DNA of 64,000 nucleotides, taken from NCBI GenBank assembly GCA_964057225.1, contig OZ059896.1:4898001-4962000 (forward strand). Direction: 5' to 3'. The position numbers were made by a program, and so were the translations under genes. This DNA is from Auanema rhodensis (Eukaryota; Animalia; Nematoda). The notes under the pieces were generated by a model, which did not search any database, was not told the DNA's origin, and saw only the letters and a program-made list of their open reading frames with translations. Below, piece by piece: positions 12,901 to 28,300 of the stretch; positions within the stretch are counted from its first letter, which is position 1, and every line of letters starts with the position of its first letter.

Positions 12901-15900
12901 TGAAAGATAAATAGATGCGGTTTTCAAAATTAGATTCCCCATGTCCATATTAGTCAAAAAACAAATATTCATTGATATTGGTTCATGGTAACCATGACTT
13001 TGAAAATTACGTGAACTTTAATTTATGCTAATTAAATGTACACGTGATGTGCACTTGATATGTAACTCGCTTCACGTGGAAGATAAGAGATGCGGTTTTC
13101 AAAATTAGATTCCCCATGTCCATATTAGTCTAAAAACAAATTTTTATTGATATTGGTGCATGGTAACCATGAGTTTGAAATTTACGTGAACTTTAATTTA
13201 TGCTAATTAAATGTACACGTGATGTGCACTTGGTATGTAACTCGCTTCACGTGAAAGATAAAGAGATGCGGTTTTTAAAAATAGATTCTCCATGTCCATA
13301 TTAGTCTAAAAACAAATTTTTATTGATATTGGTGCATGGTAACCATGAGTTTGAAATTTACGTGAACTTTAATTTATGCTAATTAAATGTACACGTGATG
13401 TGCACTTGGTATGTAACTCGCTTCACGTGAAAGATAAAGAGATGCGGTTTTCAAAATTAGATTCTCCATGTCCATATTAGTCTAAAAACAATTTTTTATT
13501 GATATTGGTGCATGGTAACCATGAGTTTGAAATTTACGTGAACTTTAATTTATGCTAATTAAATGTACACGTGATGTGCACTTGGTATGTAACTCGCTTC
13601 ACGTGAAAGATAAAGAGATGCGGTTTTCAAAATTAGATTCCCCATGTCCATATTAGTCTAAAAACAAAATTTTATTGATATTGGTGCATGGTAACCATGA
13701 CTTTGAAATTTACGTGAACTTTAATTTATGCTAATTAAATGTACACTTGATGTGCACTTGGTATGTAACTCGCTTCACGTGGAAGATAAAGAGATGCGGT
13801 TTTCAAAATTAGATTCCCCATGTCCATATTAGTCTAAAAACAAAATTTTATTGATATTGGTGCATGGTAACCATGACTTTGAAAATTACGTGAACTTTAA
13901 TTTATGCTAATTAAATGTACACTTGATGTGCACTTGGTATGTAACTCGCTTCACGTGGAAGATAAAGAGATGCGGTTTTCAAAATTAGATTCCCCATGTC
14001 CATATTAGTCTAAAAACAAATTTTTATTGATATTGGTGCATGGTAACCATGAGTTTGAAATTTACGTGAACTTTAATTTATGCTAATTAAATGTACACGT
14101 GATGTGCACTTGGTATGTAACTCGCTTCACGTGAAAGATAAAGAGATGCGGTTTTTAAAAATAGATTCTCCATGTCCATATTAGTCTAAAAACAAATTTT
14201 TATTGATATTGGTGCATGGTAACCATGAGTTTGAAATTTACGTGAACTTTAATTTATGCTAATTAAATGTACACGTGATGTGCACTTGGTATGTAACTCG
14301 CTTCACGTGAAAGATAAAGAGATGCGGTTTTCAAAATTAGATTCTCCATGTCCATATTAGTCTAAAAACAAATTTTTATTGATATTGGTGCATGGTAACC
14401 ATGAGTTTGAAATTTACGTGAACTTTAATTTATGCTAATTAAATGTACATGTGATGTGCACTTAGTATGTAACTCGCTTCACGTGAAAGATAAAGAGATG
14501 CGGTTTTCAAAATTAGATTCCTCATGTCCATATTAGTCTAAAAACAAAATTTTATTGATATTGGTGCATGGTAACCATGACTTTGAAATTTACGTGAACT
14601 TTAATTTATGCTAATTAAATGTACACGTGATGTGCACTTGGTATGTAACTCGCTTCACGTGAAAGATAAAGAGATGCGGTTTTCAAAATTAGATTCTCCA
14701 TGTCCATATTAGTCTAAAAACAAATTTTTATTGATATTGGTGCATGGTAACCATGAGTTTGAAATTTACGTGAACTTTAATTTATGCTAATTAAATGTAC
14801 ACGTGATGTGCACTTGGTATGTAACTCGCTTCACGTGAAAGATAAAGAGATGCGGTTTTTAAAAATAGATTCTCCATGTCCATATTAGTCTAAAAACAAA
14901 TTTTTATTGATATTGGTGCATGGTAACCATGAGTTTGAAATTTACGTGAACTTTAATTTATGCTAATTAAATGTACACGTGATGTGCACTTGGTATGTAA
15001 CTCGCTTCACGTGAAAGATAAAGAGATGCGGTTTTTAAAATTAGATTCTCCATGTCCATATTAGTCTAAAAACAAATTTTTATTGATATTGGTGCATGGT
15101 AACCATGAGTTTGAAATTTACGTGAACTTTAATTTATGCTAATTAAATGTACACGTGATGTGCACTTGGTATGTAACTCGCTTCACGTGAAAGATAAAGA
15201 GATGCGGTTTTCAAAATTAGATTCCCCATGTCCATATTAGTCTAAAAACAAAATTTTATTGATATTGGTGCATGGTAACCATGAGTTTGAAATTTACGTG
15301 AACTTTAATTTATGCTAATTAAATGTACACGTGATGTGCACTTGGTATGTAACTCGCTTCACGTGAAAGATAAAGAGATGCGGTTTTTAAAATTAGATTC
15401 TCCATGTCCATATTAGTCTAAAAACAAATTTTTATTGATATTGGTGCATGGTAACCATGAGTTTGAAATTTACGTGAACTTTAATTTATGCTAATTAAAT
15501 GTACACGTGATGTGCACTTGGTATGTAACTCGCTTCACGTGAAAGATAAAGAGATGCGGTTTTTAAAAATAGATTCTCCATGTCCATATTAGTCTAAAAA
15601 CAAATTTTTATTGATATTGGTGCATGGTAACCATGAGTTTGAAATTTACGTGAACTTTAATTTATGCTAATTAAATGTACACGTGATGTGCACTTGGTAT
15701 GTAACTCGCTTCACGTGAAAGATAAAGAGATGCGGTTTTTAAAATTAGATTCTCCATGTCCATATTAGTCTAAAAACAAATTTTTATTGATATTGGTGCA
15801 TGGTAACCATGAGTTTGAAATTTACGTGAACTTTAATTTATGCTAATTAAATGTACACGTGATGTGCACTTGGTATGTAACTCGCTTCACGTGAAAGATA

Positions 15901-18900
15901 AAGAGATGCGGTTTTCAAAATTAGATTCCCCATGTCCATATTAGTCTAAAAACAAAATTTTATTGATATTGGTGCATGGTAACCATGAGTTTGAAATTTA
16001 CGTGAACTTTAATTTATGCTAATTAAATGTACACGTGATGTGCACTTGGTATGTAACTCGCTTCACGTGAAAGATAAAGAGATGCGGTTTTTAAAATTAG
16101 ATTCTCCATGTCCATATTAGTCTAAAAACAAATTTTTATTGATATTGGTGCATGGTAACCATGAGTTTGAAATTTACGTGAACTTTAATTTATGCTAATT
16201 AAATGTACACGTGATGTGCACTTGGTATGTAACTCGCTTCACGTGAAAAATAAAGAGATGCGGTTCTCAAAATTAGATTCCCCATGTCCATATTAGTCTA
16301 AAAACAAAATTTTATTGATATTGGTGCATGGTAACCATGACTTTGAAATTTACGTGAACTTTAATTTATGCTAATTAAATGTACACGTGATGTGCACTTG
16401 GTATGTAACTCGCTTCACGTGAAAGATAATGAGATGCGTTTTTCAAAATTAGATTCCCCATGTCCATATTAGTCTAAAAACAAATTTTTATTGATATTGG
16501 TGCATGGTAACCATGAGTTTGAAATTTACGTGAACTTTAATTTATGCTAATTAAATGTACACGGGATGTGCACTTGGTATGTAACTCGCTTCACGTGAAA
16601 GATAAAGAGATGCGGTTTTCAAAATTAGATTCCCCATGTCCATATTAGTCTAAAAACAAAATTTTATTGATATTGGTGCATGGTAACCATGAGTTTGAAA
16701 TTTACGTGAACTTTAATTTATGCTAATTAAATGTACACGTGATGTGCACTTGGTATGTAACTCGCTTCACGTGAAAGATAAAGAGATGCGGTTTTTAAAA
16801 ATAGATTCTCCATGTCCATATTACTCTAAAAACAAATTTTTATTGATATTGGTGCATGGTAACCATGAGTTTGAAATTTACGTGAACTTTAATTTATGCT
16901 AATTAAATGTACACGTGATGTGCACTTGGTATGTAACTCGCTTCACGTGAAAGATAAAGAGATGCGGTTTTCAAAATTAGATTCTCCATGTCCATATTAG
17001 TCTAAAAACAAATTTTTATTGATATTGGTGCATGGTAACCATGAGTTTGAAATTTACGTGAACTTTAATTTATGCTAATTAAATGTACACGTGATGTGCA
17101 CTTGGTATGTAACTCGCTTCACGTGAAAGATAAAGAGATGCGGTTTTCAAAATTAGATTCCCCATGTCCATATTAGTCTAAAAACAAAATTTTATTGATA
17201 TTGGTGCATGGTAACCATGACTTTGAAATTTACGTGAACTTTAATTTATGCTAATTAAATGTACACGTGATGTGCACTTGGTATGTAACTCGCTTCACGT
17301 GAAAGATAAAGAGATGCGTTTTTCAAATATAGATTCCCCATGTCCATATTAGTCTAAAAACAAATTTTTATTGATATTGCTGCATGGTAACCATGACTTT
17401 CAAATTTAAGTGAACTTTAATGTATGCTAATTAAATGTACACGTGATGTGCACTTGGTATGTAACTCGCTTCACGTGAAAGATAAAGAGATGCGGTTTTG
17501 AAAATTAGATTCCCCATGTCCATATTAGTCTAAAAACAAAATTTTATTGATATTGGTGCATGGTAACCATGACTTTGAAATTTACGTGAACTTTAATTTA
17601 TGCTAATTAAATGTACACGTGATGTGCACTTGGTATGTAACTCGCTTCACGTGAAAGATAAAGAGATGCGGTTTTTAAAAATAGATTCTCCATGTCCATA
17701 TTACTCTAAAAACAAATTTTTATTGATATTGGTGCATGGTAACCATGAGTTTGAAATTTACGTGAACTTTAATTTATGCTAATTAAATGTACACGTGATG
17801 TGCACTTGGTATGTAACTCGCTTCACGTGAAAGATAAAGAGATGCGGTTTTCAAAATTAGATTCTCCATGTCCATATTAGTCTAAAAACAAATTTTTATT
17901 GATATTGGTGCATGGTAACCATGAGTTTGAAATTTACGTGAACTTTAATTTATGCTAATTAAATGTACACGTGATGTGCACTTGGTATGTAACTCGCTTC
18001 ACGTGAAAGATAAAGAGATGCGGTTTTCAAAATTAGATTCCCCATGTCTATATTAGTCTAAAAACAAAATTTTATTGATATTGGTGCATGGTAACCATGA
18101 CTTTGAAATTTACGTGAACTTTAATTTATGCTAATTAAATGTACACGTGATGTGCACTTGGTATGTAACTCGCTTCACGTGAAAGATAAAGAGATGCGGT
18201 TTTTAAAATTAGATTCTCCATGTCCATATTAGTCTAAAAACAAATTTTTATTGATATTGGTGTATGGTAACCATGAGTTTGAAATTTACGTGAACTTTAA
18301 TTTATGCTAATTAAATGTACACGTGATGTGCACTTGGTATGTAACTCGCTTCACGTGAAAAATAAAGAGATGCGGTTTTCAAAATTAGATTCCCCATGTC
18401 CATATTAGTCTAAAAACAAAATTTTATTGATATTGGTGCATGGTAACCATGACTTTGAAATTTACGTGAACTTTAATTTATGCTAATTAAATGTACACGT
18501 GATGTGCACTTGGTATGTAACTCGCTTCACGTGAAAGATAAAGAGATGCGGTTTTCATAATTAGATTCCCCATGTCCATATTAGTCTAAAAACAAAATTT
18601 TATTGATATTGGTGCATGGTAACCATGACTTTGAAATTTACGTGAACTTTGATTTATGCTAATTAAATGTACACGTGATGTGCACTTGGTATGTAACTCG
18701 CTTCACGTGAAAGATAAAGAGATGCGTTTTTCAAATATAGATTCCCCATGTCCATATTAGTCTAAAAATAAATTTTTATTGATATTGGTGCATGGTAACC
18801 ATGAGTTTGAAATTTACGTGAACTTTAATTTATGCTAATTAAATGTACACGGGATGTGCACTTGGTATGTAACTCGCTTCACGTGAAAGATAAAGAGATG

Positions 18901-21900
18901 CGGTTTTCAAAATTAGATTCCCCATGTCCATATTAGTCTAAAAACAAAATTTTATTGATATTGCTGCATGGTAACCATGACTTTCAAATTTAAGTGAACT
19001 TTAATTTATGCTAATTAAATGTACACGTGATGTGCACTTGGTATGTAACTCGCTTCACGTGAAAGATAAAGAGATGCGGTTTTGAAAATTAGATTCCCCA
19101 TGTCCATATTAGTCTAAAAACAAATTTTTATTGATATTGGTGCATGGTAACCATGACTTTGAAATTTAAGTGAACTTTAATTTATGCTAATTAAATGTAC
19201 ACGTGATGTGCACTTGGTATGTAACTCGCACGTGAAAGATAAAGAGATGCGGTTTTCAAAATTAGATTCCCCATGTCCATATTAGTCTAAAAACAAAATT
19301 GTATTGATATTGGTGCATGGTAACCATGAGTTTGAAATTTACGTGAACTTTAATTTATGCTAATTAAATGTACACGTGATGTGCACTTGGTATGTAACTC
19401 GCTTCACGTGAAAGATAAAGAGATGCGGTTTTCAAAATTAGATTCTCCATGTCCATATTAGTCTAAAAACAAATTTTTATTGATATTGGTGCATGGTAAC
19501 CATGAGTTTGAAATTTACGTGAACTTTAATTTATGCTAATTAAATGTACACGTGATGTGCACTTGGTATGTAACTCGATTCACGTGAAAGATAAAGAGAT
19601 GCGGTTTTCAAAATTAGATTCCCCATGTCCATATTAGTCTAAAAACAAAATTTTATTGATATTGGTGCATGGTAACCATGACTTTGAAATTTACGTGAAC
19701 TTTAATTTATGCTAATTAAATGTACACGTGATGTGCACTTGGTATGTAACTCGCTTCACGTGAAAGATAAAGAGATGCGGTTTTCAAAATTAGATTCTCC
19801 ATGTCCATATTAGTCTAAAAACAAATTTTTATTGATATTGGTGCATGGTAACCATGAGTTTGAAATTTACGTGAACTTTAATTTATGCTAATTAAATGTA
19901 CACTTGATGTGCACTTGGTATGTAACTCGCTTCACGTGGAAGATAAAGAGATGCGGTTTTCAAAATTAGATTCCCCATGTCCATATTAGTCTAAAAACAA
20001 AATTTTATTGATATTGGTGCATGGTAACCATGACTTTGAAATTTACGTGAACTTTAATTTATGCTAATTAAATGTACACGTGATGTGCACTTGGTATGTA
20101 ACTCGCTTCACGTGAAGAATAAAGAGATGCGGTTTTCAAAATTAGATTCCCCATGTCCATATTAGTCTAAAAACAAAATTTTATTGATATTGGTGCATGG
20201 TAACCATGACTTTGAAATTTACGTGAACTTTAATTTATGCTAATTAAATGTACACGTGATGTGCACTTGGTATGTAACTCGCTTCACGTGAAAGATAAAG
20301 AGATGCGGTTTTCATAATTAGATTCTCCATGTCCATATTAGTCTAAAAACAAATTTTTATTGATATTGGTTCATGGTAACCATGAGTTTGAAATTTACGT
20401 GAACTTTAATTTATGCTAATTAAATGTACACGTGATGTGCACTTGGTATGTAACTCGCTTCACGTGAAAGATAAAGAGATGCGGTTTTCAAAATTAGATT
20501 CCCCATGTCCATATTAGTCTAAAAACAAAATTTTATTGATATTGGTGCATGGTAACCATGACTTTGAAATTTACGTGAACTTTAATTTATGCTAATTAAA
20601 TGTACACGTGATGTGCACTTGGTATGTAACTCGCTTCACGTGAAAGATAAAGAGATGCGTTTTTCAAAATTAGATTCCCCATGTCCATATTAGTCTAAAA
20701 ACAAATTTTTATTGATATTGGTGCATGGTAACCATGAGTTTGAAATTTATGTGAACTTTAATTTATGCTAATTAAATGTACACGTGATGTGCACTTGGTA
20801 TGTAACTCGCTTCACGTGAAAGATAAAGAGATGCGGTTTTCAAAATTAGATTCCCCATGTCCATATTAGTCTAAAAACAAAATTTTATTGATATTGATGC
20901 ATGGTAACCATGACTTTGAAATTTAAGTGAACTTTAATTTATGCTAATTAAATGTACACGTGATGTGCACTTGGTATGTAACTCGCTTCACGTGAAAGAT
21001 AAAGAGATGCGGTTTTCAAAATTAGATTCCCCATGTCCATATTAGTCTAAAAACAAATTTTTATTGATATTGGTTCATGGTAACCATGAGTTTGAAATTT
21101 ACGTGAACTTTAATTTATGCTAATTAAATGTACACGTGATGTGCACTTGGTATGTAACTCGCTTCACGTGAAAGATAAAGAGATGCGGTTTTCAAAATTA
21201 GATTCCCCATGTCCATATTAGTCTAAAAACAAAATTTTATTGATATTGGTGCATGGTAACCATGACTTTGAAATTTACGTGAACTTTAATTTATGCTAAT
21301 TAAATGTACACGTGATGTGCACTTGGTATGTAACTCGCTTCACGTGAAAGATAAAGAGATGCGGTTTTTAAAATTAGATTCTCCATGTCCATATTAGTCT
21401 AAAAACAAATTTTTATTGATATTGGTATATGGTAACCATGAGTTTGAAATTTACGTGAACTTTAATTTATGCTAATTAAATGTACACGTGATGTGCACTT
21501 GGTATGTAACTCGCTTCACGTGAAAAATAAAGAGATGCGGTTTTCAAAATTAGATTCCCCATGTCCATATTAGTCTAAAAACAAAATTTTATTGATATTG
21601 GTGCATGGTAACCATGACTTTGAAATTTACGTGAACTTTAATTTATGCTAATTAAATGTACACGTGATGTGCACTTGGTATGTAACTCGCTTCACGTGAA
21701 AGATAAAGAGATGCGGTTTTCATAATTAGATTCCCCATGTCCATATTAGTCTAAAAACAAAATTTTATTGATATTGGTGCATGGTAACCATGACTTTGAA
21801 ATTTACGTGAACTTTGATTTATGCTAATTAAATGTACACGTGATGTGCACTTGGTATGTAACTCGCTTCACGTGAAAGATAAAGAGATGCGTTTTTCAAA

Positions 21901-22349
21901 TATAGATTCCCCATGTCCATATTAGTCTAAAAACAAATTTTTATTGATATTGGTGCATGGTAACCATGAGTTTGAAATTTACGTGAACTTTAATTTATGC
22001 TAATTAAATGTACACGGGATGTGCACTTGGTATGTAACTCGCTTCACGTGAAAGATAAAGAGATGCGGTTTTCAAAATTAGATTCCCCATGTCCATATTA
22101 GTCTAAAAACAAAATTTTATTGATATTGCTGCATGGTAACCATGACTTTCAAATTTAAGTGAACTTTAATTTATGCTAATTAAATGTACACGTGATGTGC
22201 ACTTGGTATGTAACTCGCTTCACGTGGAAGATAAAGAGATGCGGTTTTGAAAATTAGATTCCCCATGTCCATATTAGTCTAAAAACAAATTTTTATTGAT
22301 ATTGGTGCATGGTAACCATGACTTTGAAATTTACGTGAACTTTAATTTA

Positions 22350-25300
22350 TGCTAATTAAATGTACACGGGATGTGCACTTGGTATGTAACTCGCTTCACG
22401 TGAAAGATAAAGAGATGCGGTTTTCAAAATTAGATTCCCCATGTCCATATTAGTCTAAAAACAAAATTTTATTGATATTGGTGCATGGTAACCATGAGTT
22501 TGAAATTTACGTGAACTTTAATTTATGCTAATTAAATGTACACGTGATGTGCACTTGGTATGTAACTCGCTTCACGTGAAAGATAAAGAGATGCGGTTTT
22601 TAAAAATAGATTCTCCATGTCCATATTACTCTAAAAACAAATTTTTATTGAAATTGGTGCATGGTAACCATGAGTTTGAAATTTACGTGAACTTTAATTT
22701 ATGCTAATTAAATGTACACGTGATGTGCACTTGGTATGTAACTCGCTTCACGTGAAAGATAAAGAGATGCGGTTTTCAAAATTAGATTCTCCATGTCCAT
22801 ATTAGTCTAAAAACAAATTTTTATTGATATTGGTGCATGGTAACCATGAGTTTGAAATTTACGTGAACTTTAATTTATGCTAATTAAATGTACACGTGAT
22901 GTGCACTTGGTATGTAACTCGCTTCACGTGAAAGATAAAGAGATGCGGTTTTGAAAATTAGATTCCCCATGTCCATATTAGTCTAAAAACAAAATTTTAT
23001 TGATATTGGTGCATGGTAACCATGACTTTGAAATTTACGTGAACTTTAATTTATGCTAATTAAATGTACACGTGATGTGCACTTGGTATGTAACTCGCTT
23101 CACGTGAAAGATAAAGAGATGCGTTTTTCAAATATAGATTCCCCATGTCCATATTAGTCTAAAAACAAATTTTTATTGATATTGCTGCATGGTAACCATG
23201 ACTTTCAAATTTAAGTGAACTTTAATGTATGCTAATTAAATGTACACGTGATGTGCACTTGGTATGTAACTCGCTTCACGTGAAAGATAAAGAGATGCGG
23301 TTTTGAAAATTAGATTCCCCATGTCCATATTAGTCTAAAAACAAATTTTTATTGATATTCGTGCATGGTAACCATGACTTTGAAATTTACGTGAACTTTA
23401 ATTTATGCTAATTAAATGTACACGTGATGTGCACTTGGTATGTAACTCGCTTCACGTGAAAGATAAAGAGATGCGGTTTTTAAAAATAGATTCTCCATGT
23501 CCATATTACTCTAAAAACAAATTTTTATTGATATTGGTGCATGGTAACCATGAGTTTGAAATTTACGTGAACTTTAATTTATGCTAATTAAATGTACACG
23601 TGATGTGCACTTGGTATGTAACTCGCTTCACGTGAAAGATAAAGAGATGCGGTTTTCAAAATTAGATTCTCCATGTCCATATTAGTCTAAAAACAAATTT
23701 TTATTGATATTGGTGCATGGTAACCATGAGTTTGAAATTTACGTGAACTTTAATTTATGCTAATTAAATGTACACGTGATGTGCACTTGGTATGTAACTC
23801 GCTTCACGTGAAAGATAAAGAGATGCGGTTTTCAAAATTAGATTCCCCATGTCCATATTAGTCTAAAAACAAAATTTTATTGATATTGGTGCATGGTAAC
23901 CATGACTTTGAAATTTACGTGAACTTTAATTTATGCTAATTAAATGTACACGTGATGTGCACTTGGTATGTAACTCGCTTCACGTGAAAGATAAAGAGAT
24001 GCGGTTTTTAAAATTAGATTCTCCATGTCCATATTAGTCTAAAAACAAATTTTTATTGATATTGGTGTATGGTAACCATGAGTTTGAAATTTACGTGAAC
24101 TTTAATTTATGCTAATTAAATGTACACGTGATGTGCACTTGGTATGTAACTCGCTTCACGTGAAAAATAAAGAGATGCGGTTTTCAAAATTAGATTCCCC
24201 ATGTCCATATTAGTCTAAAAACAAAATTTTATTGATATTGGTGCATGGTAACCATGACTTTGAAATTTACGTGAACTTTAATTTATGCTAATTAAATGTA
24301 CACGTGATGTGCACTTGGTATGTAACTCGCTTCACGTGAAAGATAAAGAGATGCGGTTTTCATAATTAGATTCCCCATGTCCATATTAGTCTAAAAACAA
24401 AATTTTATTGATATTGGTGCATGGTAACCATGACTTTGAAATTTACGTGAACTTTGATTTATGCTAATTAAATGTACACGTGATGTGCACTTGGTATGTA
24501 ACTCGCTTCACGTGAAAGATAAAGAGATGCGTTTTTCAAATATAGATTCCCCATGTCCATATTAGTCTAAAAACAAATTTTTATTGATATTGGTGCATGG
24601 TAACCATGAGTTTGAAATTTACGTGAACTTTAATTTATGCTAATTAAATGTACACGGGATGTGCACTTGGTATGTAACTCGCTTCACGTGAAAGATAAAG
24701 AGATGCGGTTTTCAAAATTAGATTCCCCATGTCCATATTAGTCTAAAAACAAAATTTTATTGATATTGCTGCATGGTAACCATGACTTTCAAATTTAAGT
24801 GAACTTTAATTTATGCTAATTAAATGTACACGTGATGTGCACTTGGTATGTAACTCGCTTCACGTGAAAGATAAAGAGATGCGGTTTTGAAAATTAGATT
24901 CCCCATGTCCATATTAGTCTAAAAACAAATTTTTATTGATATTGGTGCATGGTAACCATGACTTTGAAATTTAAGTGAACTTTAATTTATGCTAATTAAA
25001 TGTACACGTGATGTGCACTTGGTATGTAACTCGCACGTGAAAGATAAAGAGATGCGGTTTTCAAAATTAGATTCCCCATGTCCATATTAGTCTAAAAACA
25101 AAATTGTATTGATATTGGTGCATGGTAACCATGAGTTTGAAATTTACGTGAACTTTAATTTATGCTAATTAAATGTACACGTGATGTGCACTTGGTATGT
25201 AACTCGCTTCACGTGAAAGATAAAGAGATGCGGTTTTCAAAATTAGATTCTCCATGTCCATATTAGTCTAAAAACAAATTTTTATTGATATTGGTGCATG

Positions 25301-28300
25301 GTAACCATGAGTTTGAAATTTACGTGAACTTTAATTTATGCTAATTAAATGTACACGTGATGTGCACTTGGTATGTAACTCGATTCACGTGAAAGATAAA
25401 GAGATGCGGTTTTTAAAAATAGATTCTCCATGTCCATATTACTCTAAAAACAAATTTTTATTGATATTGGTGTATGGTAACCATGAGTTTGAAGTTTACG
25501 TGAACTTTAATTTATGCTAATTAAATGTACACGTGATGTGCACTTGGTATGTAACTCGCTTCACGTGAAAGATAAAGAGATGCGGTTTTCAAAATTAGAT
25601 TCCCCATGTCCATATTAGTCTAAAAACAAAATTTCATTGATATTGGTGCATGGTAACCATGACTTTGAAATTTACGTGAACTTTAATTTATGCTAATTAA
25701 ATGTACACGTGATGTGCACTTGGTATGTAACTCGCTTCACGTGAAAAATAAAGAGATGCGGTTTTCAAAATTAGATTCCCCATGTCCATATTAGTCTAAA
25801 AACAAAATTTTATTGATATTGGTGCATGGTAACCATGACTTTGAAATTTACGTGAACTTTAATTTATGCTAATTAAATGTACACGTGATGTGCACTTGGT
25901 ATGTAACTCGCTTCACGTGAAAGATAAAGAGATGCGGTTTTCATAATTAGATTCTCCATGTCCATATTAGTCTAAAAACAAATTTTTATTGATATTGGTT
26001 CATGGTAACCATGAGTTTGAAATTTACGTGAACTTTAATTTATGCTAATTAAATGTACACGTGATGTGCACTTGGTATGTAACTCGCTTCACGTGAAAGA
26101 TAAAGAGATGCGGTTTTCAAAATTAGATTCCCCATGTCCATATTAGTCTAAAAACAAAATTTTATTGATATTGGTGCATGGTAACCATGACTTTGAAATT
26201 TACGTGAACTTTAATTTATGCTAATTAAATGTACACGTGATGTGCACTTGGTATGTAACTCGCTTCACGTGAAAGATAAAGAGATGCGTTTTTCAAAATT
26301 AGATTCCCCATGTCCATATTAGTCTAAAAACAAATTTTTATTGATATTGGTGCATGGTAACCATGAGTTTGAAATTTATGTGAACTTTAATTTATGCTAA
26401 TTAAATGTACACGTGATGTGCACTTGGTATGTAACTCGCTTCACGTGAAAGATAAAGAGATGCGGTTTTCAAAATTAGATTCCCCATGTCCATATTAGTC
26501 TAAAAACAAAATTTTATTGATATTGATGCATGGTAACCATGACTTTGAAATTTAAGTGAACTTTAATTTATGCTAATTAAATGTACACGTGATGTGCACT
26601 TGGTATGTAACTCGCTTCACGTGAAAGATAAAGAGATGCGGTTTTCAAAATTAGATTCCCCATGTCCATATTAGTCTAAAAACAAATTTTTATTGATATT
26701 GGTGCATGGTAACCATGAGTTTGAAATTTACGTGAACTTTAATTTATGCTAATTAAATGTACACGGGATGTGCACTTGGTATGTAACTCGCTTCACGTGA
26801 AAGATAAAGAGATGCGGTTTTCAAAATTAGATTCCCCATGTCCATATTAGTCTAAAAACAAAATTTTATTGATATTGGTGCATGGTAACCATGAGTTTGA
26901 AATTTACGTGAACTTTAATTTATGCTAATTAAATGTACACGTGATGTGCACTTGGTATGTAACTCGCTTCACGTGAAAGATAAAGAGATGCGGTTTTTAA
27001 AAATAGATTCTCCATGTCCATATTACTCTAAAAACAAATTTTTATTGATATTGGTGCATGGTAACCATGAGTTTGAAATTTACGTGAACTTTAATTTATG
27101 CTAATTAAATGTACACGTGATGTGCACTTGTTATGTAACTCGCTTCACGTGAAAGATAAAGAGATGCGGTTTTCAAAATTAGATTCTCCATGTCCATATT
27201 AGTCTAAAAACAAATTTTTATTGATATTGGTGCATGGTAACCATGAGTTTGAAATTTACGTGAACTTTAATTTATGCTAATTAAATGTACACGTGATGTG
27301 CACTTGGTATGTAACTCGCTTCACGTGAAAGATAAAGAGATGCGGTTTTCAAAATTAGATTCCCCATGTCCATATTAGTCTAAAAACAAAATTTTATTGA
27401 TATTGGTGCATGGTAACCATGACTTTGAAATTTACGTGAACTTTAATTTATGCTAATTAAATGTACACGTGATGTGCACTTGGTATGTAACTCGCTTCAC
27501 GTGAAAGATAAAGAGATGCGTTTTTCAAATATAGATTCCCCATGTCCATATTAGTCTAAAAACAAATTTTTATTGATATTGCTGCATGGTAACCATGACT
27601 TTCAAATTTAAGTGAACTTTAATGTATGCTAATTAAATGTACACGTGATGTGCACTTGGTATGTAACTCGCTTCACGTGAAAGATAAAGAGATGCGGTTT
27701 TGAAAATTAGATTCCCCATGTCCATATTAGTCTAAAAACAAAATTTTATTGATATTGGTGCATGGTAACCATGACTTTGAAATTTACGTGAACTTTAATT
27801 TATGCTAATTAAATGTACACGTGATGTGCACTTGGTATGTAACTCGCTTCACGTGAAAGATAAAGAGATGCGGTTTTTAAAAATAGATTCTCCATGTCCA
27901 TATTACTCTAAAAACAAATTTTTATTGATATTGGTGCATGGTAACCATGAGTTTGAAATTTACGTGAACTTTAATTTATGCTAATTAAATGTACACGTGA
28001 TGTGCACTTGGTATGTAACTCGCTTCACGTGAAAGATAAAGAGATGCGGTTTTCAAAATTAGATTCTCCATGTCCATATTAGTCTAAAAACAAATTTTTA
28101 TTGATATTGGTGCATGGTAACCATGAGTTTGAAATTTACGTGAACTTTAATTTATGCTAATTAAATGTACACGTGATGTGCACTTGGTATGTAACTCGCT
28201 TCACGTGAAAGATAAAGAGATGCGGTTTTCAAAATTAGATTCCCCATGTCCATATTAGTCTAAAAACAAAATTTTATTGATATTGGTGCATGGTAACCAT

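Larger units (their letters stand above)
639..19608. repeat. Long inverted repeat around J1: arms 639-9899 and 10348-19608, 448-bp spacer 9900-10347
   Basis: Rare variants mirror each other with constant coordinate sum 20247: ORFs 3345/16902 and 2465/17782, 3-bp deletion ~1018/~19229, 7189/13058, ~7690/~12557, 9419/10828, 9491/10756. Confidence 0.93.
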
